64,000 bases of DNA from Octopus sinensis. Its lineage: Eukaryota. Shown piece after piece: positions 44,594 through 59,829 of this stretch. The stretch covers positions 1,488,001 through 1,552,000 of the forward strand of contig NC_043010.1 in the NCBI RefSeq assembly GCF_006345805.1, read 5' to 3'. Numbering within the stretch: position 1 is the stretch's first letter; each line of letters opens with the position of its first letter. The position numbers and the translations under genes were made by a program. Below the pieces are notes generated by a model. The model searched no databases and was not told the DNA's origin. It saw only the letters and a list, made by a program, of their open reading frames with translations.

Positions 44594-45419
44594 TATATCA
44601 ACAGTTTAGTTTATCAGTGAAGCGATATTTCATTCGAGAATTGCATTGAATATACATATATACATACACATAAACATACATATAAATATACGTACATATA
44701 AAATTACATATATACATACATACAGATGAATATACATACATGTAAACATACGTACACACACACACACACACACATATATATATGTTTATATGCGTTCGTT
44801 TGTGTGTATATACAGATGTATATATATATATATATATATACCTATACACAGATACATATGTATGTATTTATTTGGGTATATAAATATAGAAAATATACTG
44901 ATGCATGTAGTAGAGTTTATTTATTCCCTCGAAGATGAGTATTCGCTGCGCTGATACTCGGAGTATTTCGCTATGATCCTTTAGTTAAGGAAGTTCGCAC
45001 GTAGCGAGACTCTGAGTGGCAACTATGTGAATAATCGGCTTCTTTCAAATATATAACGTATGTGCATGAATGAAAATGAAATATAAAAAAATCAACCCTA
45101 GCAGACGAAATACGTGAAGTTTCTTGGTCCAGTGGTTAGGGCGTTGCACTCTTAACCATAGGATTGTGGTTTCCTCTCCTGTACTGTGCAGTGAGTTATG
45201 TTCTTAAGCAAAACACATCACTTCACATTGCCCCAGTCCACGCAGCTGTAAATGCGTAACTCTATGATGGACTGAGTTAAGGTTGTGACCTCGGTCACTT
45301 ATACGTCATGGAAAGCGGTGTAAGCTGCAGCCTTATGAATTCTAGGACTCGAGACAGCAATGATGATGACGATGATTATGATGAAGATGATAATAATGAG
45401 AGAAAAAGAGTGTACTCAC

Positions 45420-47825
45420 CTGATTAGAGCCCTGGATATTTGAATGTAATTGTACTCCAAGAGATGACCCTTTCCAACTTTGAGCTTTATAATCCGAGGG
45501 TGATTTTCGTTTTGGTAACGTTGCTGGTGAATTTCTGTTGGTGCTTTGGTCAATCACCATAGTAACGGGGATGTTATAGTTTGTGGAAAGATGATCAGAC
45601 ATGTATTCGGACTGTTTGCTTTCCGAAAGAAATTTGTTAGAAACTTCTGGAGCATCATAATATTGAATGTCTCTTTGGTTGTTTCTTTGGATAATACATA
45701 TGGTTATGGAAACCACGATGGCTACTGATACAATGACAGCTGCCACTATGGTAATTATCACGAAATTTATATGTATTTTGTCCTCCGACTGCACATCGAG
45801 GGCCGTGTACATTTTCGATGTCTTGTTGCTGACGGTCAGGGACACGGACAAAGTTGTTGTCGCAGACATCATCGGACTACCACTGTCTTTGACAATAAAT
45901 TGAAGCTCGTATAGACCGGCATCGTTTTGGTAAACAGTTCGAGAGAAGGACACTACTCCGGTATAAGGACTAACAGAAAATAGTTGTCTGTCGTTTCCTC
46001 CGAGTATTTCGTAGCGAAGGAAAGCGTTTACATGGCTATCTCTGTCTGAGGCCCTTAATGTGGTGATGTCGTTTTCACTTTGTGGGTTGTAATAAACATC
46101 CAAACTGAAGGATTTCACACTGGGGAAGGTGAAATAGGGGGCGTTGTCGTTCTCATCCATTACTTCCACAACTACTTTAGCTGTGTTACTTAGTGACGGA
46201 CTCCCATTGTCTTTCACTAAAACTTGGAATTCATAAATATCCTGTTGCTCTCTGTCTAACGAGTCACGTGTCGAAATGAATCCGAAATCTGAAATCTCAA
46301 ACGGGAGCAGAATGTTATTGTCGGTGGATAAAGAATACGATAGTTGACCCCCAGGCCCTAAATCTGGATCAGTGGCATTGATGAACCCGACAGGGAAATT
46401 CGCCTCTTCGTTTTCGTACGTTAAAAACCTGAACACAGATTTAGTGAACTGAGGTTGCACATCGTTGATGTCTATGACTTGCAGAGAAAAATCACTGCGT
46501 GTCTCTAGAGGGGGAATACCGTTGTCTCGACAAACAATGGTGAACTGCATGTTGCTTTGTGTTTCTCTGTTAATGCGGTTTTTTACAACCACTTTATACT
46601 TTTTCCTTCCTAAAGTCTGCAGTTGTAAAATATCGTGCTCAAGATCACAATTGACTTCACCGTTTCTGGCAGCATCTTCGTCTGTGACTTTCACGAAAGC
46701 TATAAAGCTGCCAACATCGGTCCCTTCGGAAATCCCTTTGGACTGAGAGATAAAATTGACATCAATCAGCGGAGGGTTATTTTCTTGATTTATGACGTTT
46801 ACAAGAACAATGGCAGCAGAACTAAGGGGAGGGATGCCTCCGTCTGTGGCCTCCACTAATAACTTGTACATATGTTTTTGTTGCGAAGAAAATTTTCTCT
46901 GTAAAAATATTTCTCCGGTGTTTTTATTTAACGTGAAATAAGATTTGGATAATTCTGACGTCTTAGAACTGTATTGGAATGATACTTTACCATTTTTACC
47001 GTCATCAGAATCACTGGCAGATAAAACGACAACGGGTATATCTCTTTTGTGGGTATTTCTGATTGATACATTGTAAAGGTCCTTGCTAAATACAGGAGAA
47101 TTGTCATTGACATCAGCCACTGAAATCTTGACATCTAAAATACCTTGTTTTTGTGAATATCCTCCGTCTTTCGCTATTACCTGGAGGTTGTAAGTGTCTT
47201 TTACTTCCCTGTCTAAAGGTTTTTCAAGAACAATTCCTAGTTTCGATGTTCCATCTACTTTTTTGGAAACTGACAATCTAAATGGTTCGTCTCTGTTTTT
47301 CCTGAGTTGATAAGTTATTTGCGAATTTCTAATGCCGACATCATTGTCAATGGCGTTGGGTATAGACTTTGTGGTTCCTTTACCGTCACTCTCTGAAAAC
47401 TGGTGATTAATTTGTTTAAAAGGGAATTGGGGGTGGTTGTCGTTGATATCTAAAATAATCACTTTTATTTCTAAAATTTTAATGAAAGATTCTTTCTTTT
47501 GTACGGCTATGTCCACCGTTTCATAGCACTCACTATTATATGTACACAACGATTCGGCATCCAGTGTTTGAGCCGTGTACAGTTTCCCCGCACGAGACAC
47601 GTTAAACAAATGTGAGTCTCTGGTTGCGTCCTTTTGTAATTGGCTAAACCATATAAGAGTGCGGTCTCGTGCGGGGGCACTCTCTAATAGCTGAATATCA
47701 GCAGAAATATCACCTACGTAGGTACCTATACTATGACCTTCCTCTATTCGATATGTTAAATCTACAGAAAATACAGTTTCCAATAATGAAAACAAAAAAC
47801 ACAGATGTATCCACATGTTTTCCAT
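45420..47825 (-). CDS. Pcdh: Protocadherin coding exon 1 (802 codons): signal peptide, six cadherin (EC) repeats, transmembrane helix, start of cytoplasmic tail
   Basis: ORF track 45342..47825. Hydrophobic N-terminus MWIHLCFLFSLL; cadherin motifs DINDNHPQF, LDRE/DVNDNSPVF, DINDVQPQF, LDRE/DENDNAPYF; EC1 Cys-X5-Cys (CTYNSEC); TM segment FVIITIVAAVIVSVAIVVSITICII. Consensus donor CAG|GTGAGT at 45420/45419, phase 0. Symbol is family-level only. Confidence 0.96.
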
Positions 47826-47905
47826 TTGGTAAGAAGAGATCCAAAAGAATCAATGTGAAGCTGTCTGTTGGTCGGACGACATGAGATCTGAAACAGAAAA
47901 TAAAA
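47826..47905 (-). promoter_or_regulatory. Splice acceptor (47888/47887) and 62-nt 5' UTR part of the large Pcdh exon, containing a 10-codon uORF
   Basis: Minus strand reads TTTTATTTTCTGTTTCAG|ATCTCATGTCG; uORF MSSDQQTASH* at 47882-47850. Confidence 0.65.
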
Positions 47906-48136
47906 GTGTGTAAGTAACATCATTTGTTTTGAATTAAATAACTGTACAATACGGGCATTATTTTTAAGGTGCGTAACAGGACTGTTGGGATATTGCAGTT
48001 ACGGTCGTAAAAATGTGGTTTCGATACCTGGACCGAGTGGTGTGCTGTGCTCTTGAACAAAAGATTTCATTTCACATTTGTTACTATTCCCTCGGTTGTT
48101 AATAATTTCCAGCAATTGCTGGGAAGCTTGCCTTAG

Positions 48137-48227
<91 letters not shown>

Positions 48228-48241
48228 ACTATCTATCTATC

Positions 48242-48275
<34 letters not shown>

Positions 48276-48836
48276 TGTGTGTGTGTGTACTTTTGTACGT
48301 ATGTATGTACATATACATACAGGTAAGCTTTCCAACTATAACAGGAAATAACTTGCAGCTAAGTGAATTGGAACAGACGTGAGATGAAGTCTTTTGTTCA
48401 ATGAACACAACACAGCACCCGGTCCGAGAGTCGAAACCATGATCGTAAGCTCGTGGGTGCAATGCATATATATTATTGCACATATACAATTATGAAGATA
48501 AATATAATTGCAACTTGGAAGACACATGTTGGCCATTTAGAAACACTCAAAGACTATTAACTTCCCTACAAATAAAGCAAGAGAAACAACAACAATTCGG
48601 AATGCCATAGAGACTACAAATAAAATAACAACAACAACAGTAACAAAAACAAAATAGGCTAGAGCCCTCGGCCCACTTATAGACAACAGAAAAATCTTGG
48701 AATACTGAAATCTGAAGGCAGTAACTCCAGCTTGGTCACAGCAGTGGAAGATGAAACAAAGTATAGTACTTGAGGTCAAGCATGTATAGGGGCCGGTCTA
48801 CGTGTGCATGTATGTATATACGTTCGTATATGCGTC

Positions 48837-48869
<33 letters not shown>

Positions 48870-48957
48870 TTTGCATATGTGGTTGGGTATATATACATAT
48901 TATGCTTAGATCATGCTAAGATATTGATGTCTAGTTTGGTTGCAGAAGGTTATGCGG

Positions 48958-49007
<50 letters not shown>

Positions 49008-49194
49008 ACACTCACATTTATAGGCACATACACATAGATATGTACGTATGGATGTATATATGTTTGTACTTTCGAAATTTCTCACCAATGAAGAAAGATC
49101 CGGTTTCTAACTGCGAAACAAGCTTCATTTATTGGAATTTAGACAGCATCACCTGCCTGCCTGCCCGCCTGCCTGTCGGCTTGCATGCATGTGA

Positions 49195-49259
<65 letters not shown>

Positions 49260-49568
49260 GTACGTATCGCTTGATGGAGGGATGTATGTTCGTAAGTAAG
49301 CGTTCAGGAAGTAGAATATACGATGTTAGTCAAACGGACAGCTGTTAACATAGATTTACTTTAACACATAGCGATATTGCACACGATAGCAGCTTATTGG
49401 TTTGCATATGGAAATATGCCATTGGGAGAGCCAGAATGGGAGAGGAAGGAGAATAGAATGTTCTGAGGATTTGAGAGGGCGGAAAAAGGAAAGCCTGACG
49501 AACAGCAAAGTGGGTGCTGTTAAACAGAATACATACATATATATACATCATCTGTACGTGTTCTGTAT

Positions 49569-49600
<32 letters not shown>

Positions 49601-50100
49601 GTATATGTATACATGTAAGAATATATATGCACATAAATATTCTCATACGTATATATATATATATATATACGTATGCATAAATATATGTATGTGTATATAC
49701 ATACATATACATATGCATAGACATATATATACGCTCGTAAACACATTTCTCTTTGCTAATGAAAGAAAAAGCACTAAATTCATGGTGCAGGGTTTTTATT
49801 TAGTAGTAATTAGTTGACGATTCCTGTCACGTACAATCATTCATTCATAGTTCCCTGACGAGCGTGCATGACACGAAACTCTGAGTAGCAGGAGAGAGAA
49901 AGAGAGGGGGGAGACGGGTGGAAGAGGGAGGGAGAAAGAGAGTTAGTGAGTGAGTGATTGAGTGAGTGAGTGAGTGAGTGAGAGAGGGAATGTTAGTGGT
50001 TTAAAGCGAGATAAAGAGGGCTATAGGAAAACTGAGAAAGAAAATAAGAGGAAAGAAAAGGAAAAACAAATTAACGAAGGAAGATTATAATTAGAATAAC

Positions 50101-50135
<35 letters not shown>

Positions 50136-50154
50136 GATGAAATATGATGGGAGG

Positions 50155-50213
<59 letters not shown>

Positions 50214-50214
50214 C

Positions 50215-50275
<61 letters not shown>

Positions 50276-50292
50276 GGATGGATGGATGGATG

Positions 50293-50331
<39 letters not shown>

Positions 50332-50392
50332 GGATGGATGGATGGATGGATGGATGGATGGATGGATGGATGGATGGATGGATGGATGGATG

Positions 50393-50430
<38 letters not shown>

Positions 50431-50455
50431 GATAGACAGACAGATAGATAGATAG
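50155..50455. repeat. Compound (GATA)n/(GATG)n microsatellite, representative of many SSRs (e.g. 4672-4760 TTA, 12126-12295 TATC, 16700-16797 TTA, 50930-51150 TACA, 56394-56722 TAT, 62000-62184 TA)
   Basis: Directly visible tandem units. Confidence 0.95.
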
Positions 50456-50830
50456 TGAGAAGGGCCGGAACGAAAACTGTAAAAGCGAAAACATAAGGAA
50501 GAATAAGAAAAAGAAAGGAGGAAAGAAGAATAAAATGAAAGAAAGAACGAGATGTAAGAATGAGAGCAGATGCAGTTATTTGTATGTCCGTCTGTTTATG
50601 TGTGTGTGTGCCAATGCATGCATGTATATATATGTGCGCGTGCATGTGTTTACGTGTGTGTTTGTGTGTGTGTTAGGTATCTAATCTGTTTTGGTAATAT
50701 TTATGGAAATAGTGTAAAACTGGCGGAAAATAACAAGAGCACAAAAGCAGTAGTCATGATAAATAGTCATTTGTTTTCATAATACATACATGTGTATGCA
50801 TGTATATAAATCTAAGCATGTGTTTGCATA

Positions 50831-50862
<32 letters not shown>

Positions 50863-52908
50863 GTGTGTGTGTGTGTGTATGGTTATATACATGCTTGTTT
50901 GCGTGTATACATACATGAAAACATTGATACATACATACATACATACATACATACTTACATACATACATACATACACACATACATACATACATACATACAT
51001 ACATACATACATACATACACACTACATACATACATACATTACATACATACATACATACTACTTACATACATACTACTTACATACATACATACATACATAC
51101 ACATACATACATACATACATACATACATACATACATACATACATACATACGGAAATGCGCAATATACATATACATAAACATCGATAAAGCTCGTTAGGAC
51201 ACTTGATGAAGGAATTAGTGAGAAAGAAGAGAGAGCAAAAGGAAGAAATGCGATTGGAGAGGCAGCGAGAATGGTAGTTAGGACAAGAGAGACGGGAGTT
51301 GACTGGGAAAGAACGAGGCTAAATGAAGATGATAGGGAGAAAAACTGAATGAGAGAGAGAGAGAGGAAGATAGAAAGGGAGAGCGAGAAATTAGGGAGAA
51401 AGCGATAGAAGGTAAAAAGAGAAAGGAAGGGAGAGAAGTTGAAAGATAGAGAGCAGGAGAGGGAGGCATCATAAAAATGAAAGGAAGTGTGTGATAGGAG
51501 AGAAGTTGCGGAGAGAATTTATGTCGTTTGAAAATGGAATAAAATTCAAAATAAATACAAAATATAACCGACCAACCTTTCTCTTGAACAGCTTTATTGA
51601 TTTATCTCTCAAAATTATAGCAACCCCCTCCGAAAAAAAAATTAAAAGAAAAACGATAAAAGCCATAATGTTTTCTTTTCTGCTTTTTTTTTTTCAAGAA
51701 AAAATTAACGATACAAAATTTTAAAGAACTGAACAAAAAATATATAACTAACAAGTCGTTGATCTCGGCAATAAATCAAAGAATTGCAACAGAAAATCAT
51801 CTGAACCAACGTATCCTTCTGTTTTAAGAACTTTTTAATGACGTTGAATGTTAAAATAATATAAAATAAAATAAAAAATGAATGAAATAAACGATAATTA
51901 TTCTTTTTTCAGTGAATATCTAGTAATCAGACGATCCTTCCTTTCTTTCATACTCTCTCTATCTCTCTATATCTTCTCTTTAATTTTCCCTCTCTTTTTT
52001 CTCTCTATAAACTGACCGTTGCAAGCAGCCATTATACGCTGGTTTAGGGAGTAAATGATAATACGTATGATTAATACAAAAAGAAATAAAGAATAAAAAT
52101 AAAATGCTTCGAATGATACATTAAGTGTGCGTTAATTAGGTTCTGCGCACGTAAGGGACGAGTGACGATGTTAAAAGGTCGAGAAGATACGGACGAACGG
52201 ATCCAACGACCTAGTTTTGATTTTCGAATTTCGGTCACAGCCATTACACTTAATTTCATTAAAGGCGGTGAGCTTGTAGACTCGTTAGAGCGTCGGGCAA
52301 GATGCTTAGGAGTTCAAATTCTACAGAGGGCGACTAGGCCTTTCATCCTTTCGGAGTCGGTGAAATAAATACCAGTTGAGCTCTGGGATCGATATAATCG
52401 ATTATTCTCTCCCCTAAAATTCCTGACGTTGTGCTTATAGTATAAAGGATTACGATCACTAGGCAAAATAAAGCGAGCCAGCAAAACCGTTTGCGCGTCG
52501 GACGAGATGCTCAGCGGCTTCACTTCGGACTCTTTACGTTCTGAGTCGATAAAATAAGAACCAGTTGAGCAGTGGGATTGAAGTAATCCACTGTCTCCTG
52601 CCCCTAAATTGCTGGCCTTGTTCCAGAATTTGAGGCCATAATTGTGTGTAGGAAAGATCTGCGTGTCACAACTTCCATTATTTCAAAACTTATAACGTAA
52701 CTGGAGTATTTCTATTTATCAAAACCTCTGACAAAATCAAGTGAACTATTTGATTATGCTATTGATGTATTGGAAAAATTCTACGAAATACACATAAAAC
52801 CTGATTTGAAACAAAATCGTATTTAGTATGATTGTTGAAATATCCTGGGAGAGGGAAAAGTTAGTCACAATAACATCTTGCATTAAATAAATATCATACA
52901 TACATGTA

Positions 52909-53025
<117 letters not shown>

Positions 53026-53030
53026 GTCTA

Positions 53031-53065
<35 letters not shown>

Positions 53066-53066
53066 G

Positions 53067-53127
<61 letters not shown>

Positions 53128-53780
53128 AACCTCATTCTGTCAACACCTCAAATATAAGATCTCTTCCCTGAAGACTGGGGCTCGTCTCATACGACGATGG
53201 GATCAATCTATAAGTATTATTTCCAGAAACAGCTGTTGGATTAGTAATACTTTTCTTCAACTCCTTTAATTTTTGATATCATTTATATTCTGTGTTTCTC
53301 GGACATTTTCGTATGTAAACATAGATTTTTTGTATTTCATGTATTTAACAGACGGTGTATATTGACCTGCCTAACTTGCTTACCCTTACCATTTATTCAT
53401 ATGTGTGTGTGTGTGTGTATGCGTGTGTGTGAGTGTTTGTATGTGTGTGTGTATATATATACATACACAGGGAGACAAAGAGAAAGAGAGAGTATTAAGG
53501 CTCACATTGGTTTCATGTTAAGGAAGTCTTCAACAATTTCCAAGCCTATCACACGGAGTATCTGTGTTCGCCTCCAGTTTGAGTTAAAACAAAATGTCGA
53601 CGAACACCGATGTTCCATGTGATAGACATGAAAACTGTTGAGGACTTCCTTGGCATGAAACCTGTGGTAACCTTAACGCACAATTAAAGTATCTTTATCC
53701 ACTAATGCAGTGTTGAGCACACTTTCTCATTGTTCGATATTTACGTATATACAAACGCATATATATATATATGTGTGTGT

Positions 53781-53819
<39 letters not shown>

Positions 53820-54175
53820 CGGTCAGTCTTTCTGCATATTCGTCTGTCGGTTTGTCAAGCAGTATATATTCCTCGTTCTTGTAACATTCTCGCGCGTGTA
53901 AAGTGTGCATATTGAGATATACAGAAATATATCACGCTGGAATAAATGTGACTTAGTTTCAAATTATAAAACCGCACACATAGACACCTGTACAGCCATA
54001 CAACACATATTATATTTATAGATGTATACGCATACAAGGACACACGCTTCTATATGTATACATGTGTACGTATACACATGCACATGTACGCTTACACACG
54101 TATATGTGTGTTCGCGAAAAGCATTTATAGCCATACATATTACAAATACAAATTATACATACACATACACATATA

Positions 54176-54244
<69 letters not shown>

Positions 54245-54773
54245 GTATATTTATGCGTATGTATACACACATATATATAATGTATGTACATATATATATA
54301 TAGAGATATGCATATTTATATAAGCAGATACACAACACACAGACATAGGCATGTATATGTTGGAAGTAGTAATATTATACATACAAATTTTAATACGTAA
54401 TTACGTGTGCGTGTGTGTATATGTGTTGTGTCTTTGTGTGTTTGTGAATTTAATTTATTGTCATATATGTATGCATATTTGTGCTGTAATTTAATGTATA
54501 TATATATAGATATATATATATATTATATATATATATGTATGTATGTATGTATGTACATAGCTTGTCTGAAACATCATTTCACCTTCACAATAATTACTGT
54601 ACTTGACGAACATTCGACTAAGTGAAATTTTATGTTCTGCCTAAATGTTAAACATTAAGAATACTTTGAATGGTTGTGAGTTGGTGATTCAAAGAGGATG
54701 AGTGGTGAAGCAGGGTGGAGTGTAGAGCGGTGGGAAAAGAGAAGTGAAAGCGTGAGAGAGAGAGCGAGTGAGC

Positions 54774-54807
<34 letters not shown>

Positions 54808-55163
54808 TACATATACATTGTTTCAGTTACGTACTTAGATATACATACATCTATGCATGCATATATGTGTACATCCACACAATGCAAGCCTACAAATATA
54901 CAAAAAAGAGAGGAGGAGAGGAGAGGAGGGGTGGAAGGGAGAGAGGGGAAAGGCAGACAGAGGGAAAGGAGAGAGAAAGGGAGAGGAGGGGAGGTTGGAG
55001 ATGGAGAGAAGGAAAGGAAATGCTATGGTAGAAGTAGAGGTGTTGAGGGAGACAGAAAAAATAATGGGAGAGAGACTGAAAAAGAGAGAGAGAGAAAGCA
55101 TGGGAAGAAAGAGAGAGAGAGGGAGAGAGAGAGAGACGGAAAACGAGAAGAGTAGAAAGAATT

Positions 55164-55210
<47 letters not shown>

Positions 55211-55336
55211 ACAAAATAAAGGAGTCGGTAGATGAGACGGGACTCACAGAGGGCCTGATGTGAGTGCATGCTTATGTGTGGATGCGTATGTATATAGATG
55301 TGTGCGTGTATACGTATATATATATATATATATTAT

Positions 55337-55403
<67 letters not shown>

Positions 55404-56458
55404 ATATATGTATATCTTTATATATATATATATATATACACATTCATACATTGATACACCACTACATACGTACGCACAAACACACACGTACACACACACA
55501 CACACATACATATACACACGCTCAAACGTCGCATACATATTATATAGGAAAGTGTGAAGTGGAAGCTAAAGAGAAATAACTTCAAAAAACAAAAACAAAA
55601 AAGGCAATGGATTTAAAATGGAAGCCAGCGTCACGTCGGATGTGATCATTTTTTTGTTCCTCTGTCAATGTTTCCGTTGTAATTCTTCTGTTTATTGCAT
55701 TCATTAGTAACTGTTGTTAATGCTCGTGCTATTATCGTTGCAATTGTAGCATCTTGCAGTAGATTCGTTTGCTGCACTCGTCGTAATTAAAAAAAAACAG
55801 CATTATTATTATCATTATTGTTGCTGTTGTTGTTGTTGTTTTTAAGTTGGCGGATTCGTTTGCCCGACAAGTAAAATGCTTTACGTTCTGAGTTCAAATT
55901 CTGCCAATGTCGACTTTGCCTTTCATCCTTTCATGGTCAGTAAAATGAGTACCAGTTGAAAACTGGGGTCAATAGAATTGACTTACCCATTCTTCGAAAT
56001 TGCTGGCCTTGTGCCAAAATTTGAAACCATTATTATTATTATTATTGTTGTTGTTGTTGTTAAGGCAGCAAGCTGGCAGAATCGTTAACACGCCGGGCGA
56101 AATGCTTAGTCCGTCTTTACGTTCTGAGGTCAAATTCCGTCGAGGTTGTCATTGCCTTTCATCCCTTTCGGAGCTAGATGAAATAAGCAACAGTTGAATA
56201 GTGGGGTCGATGTAATCGACTACTTAACCGGTCCTCTGAAATTACTTTTCTTCTGGTCGAGTAGCCCATCCTGCTCAAAAGGTCCCTGAATAAGGATTGT
56301 TTAAGGATGTTGAACGAACCACCCATGTTTCCAAAGGTGAATTATCCAAACCTCTAAGAATTCCTTTCAACACATGGTTATGATGCTCCCCCACTATTAT
56401 TATTATTATTATTATTTTTATATTATTATTATATTATTATTATTATTATTATTATATT

Positions 56459-56525
<67 letters not shown>

Positions 56526-56538
56526 TATTATTATTATA

Positions 56539-56609
<71 letters not shown>

Positions 56610-56611
56610 TA

Positions 56612-56648
<37 letters not shown>

Positions 56649-56668
56649 GTTATTATATATTCATCATT

Positions 56669-56699
<31 letters not shown>

Positions 56700-56724
56700 T
56701 TATTATTAGTATTATTATATTATT

Positions 56725-57152
56725 GAGTGAGCGAGCAGAGCATGCCATCAAAGTGACACTGGGGTAAAATATACGAAGCCCAGTATACCCATCATGACTA
56801 CCGTCTGATAAGGGTACACCAGGCACATGCATCACAACCATATGTGCGCGACATGGTGATCTCATATCAAGATAAACATCACATGACCTTGCAGGTGGAG
56901 CCCAGTTAGAATTTTCTTCAGATCGAGTAACCCATCCCGCTCAAAAGGCCCTGAATAAGGGTTGTTTAAGGACGTTGAACGAAACACCCATGTTTCCAGA
57001 GGTGAATTATTCAAACTCCAAAGAATCCTTCTCAACACATGGCTATGATGCTCCCCCACTACTTCTGCTCGTGATCAGAGATGCACATATCGTCAGCCAC
57101 TAGGGACATGCTCAACTGGTTAAGGTCAAACAACTGACAAGCAAATCTGTGG
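56725..57152 (-). mobile_element. Unclassified (AAT)n-tailed interspersed repeat, longer copy (partial third copy about 56252-56396)
   Basis: Shares its left end with 4761-4981, extends further right, and is flanked by (TAT)n on both sides. Confidence 0.7.
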
Positions 57153-57195
57153 TATTATTTTATTATTATTATTATTATTGTTATTATTATTATCA

Positions 57196-57236
<41 letters not shown>

Positions 57237-58032
57237 TATTATTATTATTATTATATTATTATTATTATTATCATTATTATGGTGGCAAATTGGCAGTATT
57301 GTTACTACCCTGGGCATAAATGATGATGATGGCGATGATGAAGACAACGATTGTGAGTGCAACACCCTAACAATTCGGTCACGTGTCTTCTCTGGCATTG
57401 TAATCCCCATATGAAATGCGGAAATTAAGCATTTGGTCCTTAATTTTCAGTATGATGATTCTGATTCCCAACTATGACTTCGAAGTGAAGCTCTTTATTT
57501 ATCCCCCAGATATAGGCGTAGAAGTGGCTGTGTGGTGAGTAGCTTGCTTGCCAACCACATGGTTCCGGGCTCAGGCCCACTGCGTTGCACCTCGGGCAAA
57601 TGTCTTCTACTATAGCCTCGGGTCGACAAATACCTTGTGAATAGACTTCGTAGACGGAAACTGAATGAAGCCCAGTGTTTCGGTAAACGCTGTAGTGCCT
57701 TCCTTCTCAGAAAGAGTAAAATTTCGTCATAACATTAGTAAAATGTTGTGATGAAGTTCTCATTCTCACTTACCTTACAGTGTATCGGTCACTAACCGAC
57801 ATTTCTAAGTATTAAAAGTAACATCGTTTTAATTGGCACCATACCAAAAACCACAGCCACTCATATTACCAACGTGTCAGTATGATTAGAACTTTGCTTT
57901 CCAGCCACATGGTTCCAGCTTCAGTCTCACTGCGTGGTACTTTGGGCCAACTAAAGCCTTGTGAGTGGATTTGTTAGATGGAAACTGAAAGAATCCCGTC
58001 ATATATATATATATATGTGTGTGTGTATGTGT

Positions 58033-58103
<71 letters not shown>

Positions 58104-59245
58104 GTACGTGTGTTTATGAGTGAGCGTGGGTCTTTTTGACTGTGTTTGGCCCTCACTACAACCTGGCAACCAGTGCTGCTGTGTTTACATCTCCGCAACT
58201 TAGCGGTTCGGCAAAAGGAACCGACAGAAAAGAGACAGACGTAAGAAATACAAAACACTAAACCAAAGAAACTACTAATGACTGAAACAAGTAAAAATGT
58301 TTAAAGACAAAATGTCCGCCATCACTGGCCATCACCGCCGCCGCCGCCGCCGCCACCGACGTAACCACTGCCACCATCACTAAAAACATGACCAACAAAC
58401 ACGAATACGCTAACCATCACAGCAATGCATTACCGCCTCCGCCACCGCCAACAGCACCGCCACCAGTACGACCACCACCACCACCATCACCACCACCACC
58501 AGCATCATCATCACCAGTCGCCCTCTACCACTCGACAGCATATACACCACTCAAGGTTTACATTAAATAATAGTTTCCCTGGTGTCAAAGCATTTTATAA
58601 TTTACATCTGCCTTCGATTTCTGTGTGTACGTACGCTTGTTGGAGTACGTACATTCCCCCGCACAATGACAGATGCATACAAAACTATATGTGTGGGTAT
58701 ATAATACATACATACATACATACATATATATATATATACATATATACATACATATATATATATATACACGCACACATACACACATACATACACATATGAG
58801 CATAAACGCACATGAATGCCCATATAGCCAGATGCATTTGTGTGTGGGCGTGAATTTGTGCGTATGTGTGCATGTATGTGTGTGTGTTTGCGAGTGGGTA
58901 TACATTCACACATACGCCACTCAATCACACATGCAGACACACACACATATATTTATATATACACACATACACACACATGTACGCGCATTAATATATATAT
59001 TTATGTATATGTATATGAACACATACACACACACACAAACATATATATATATACATATATACACATGCATACATATATCATATATATACACACATACATA
59101 TATATATCATATACATATACACACACATAAACACATGCATGCATACATACATTCATACATATACACATATATGTATGTGTACATACATATATATACAAAC
59201 ATGCATGCGTACACTAATATATATAACATTATATATATATATTAG

Positions 59246-59288
<43 letters not shown>

Positions 59289-59663
59289 CTATATATATGT
59301 ATATATTATATATATATACATTGGTAAATTCCCAAATATGTGTAAAGCAAAAACAAATACAATGAAAGCCCAAAGATAATAACAAAACAAAACAAAATAA
59401 AACAAAAACAAAAAAAGGAATGAAGGCGGCCATTTTCTGTGAACATTAAAATAATAATTTTCAACATGAAGAGGCGCTAAAAACGTTTTCTGTGGTGATA
59501 GGAGAACAATTTTCACACGTCGTTCAGCCAACGACATCAGTTTCATCTCTGCTTTTCGAAATAGGTGCGGCTGCAATAAACAGAATGAGCTAAGTATTTG
59601 AAGTGTCAATGAGTTTTCTGAAGTGAGCTTTTTATTGAAATATTTAATTGCTTACGTTTTATA

Positions 59664-59709
<46 letters not shown>

Positions 59710-59751
59710 GAGTGGATACATGTATGTATATTAAATATACATATAGAAATG

Positions 59752-59829
<78 letters not shown>

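Noticed and set aside
45342-45419. His-rich C-terminus of the 827-aa ORF (HYYHLHHNHRHHH)
   Set aside because: It lies after a consensus donor and derives from an intronic (CAT)n tract.
53636-53675. TTGAGGA...GAAACC-TGT-GGTA motif
   Set aside because: Stems I and II are absent.
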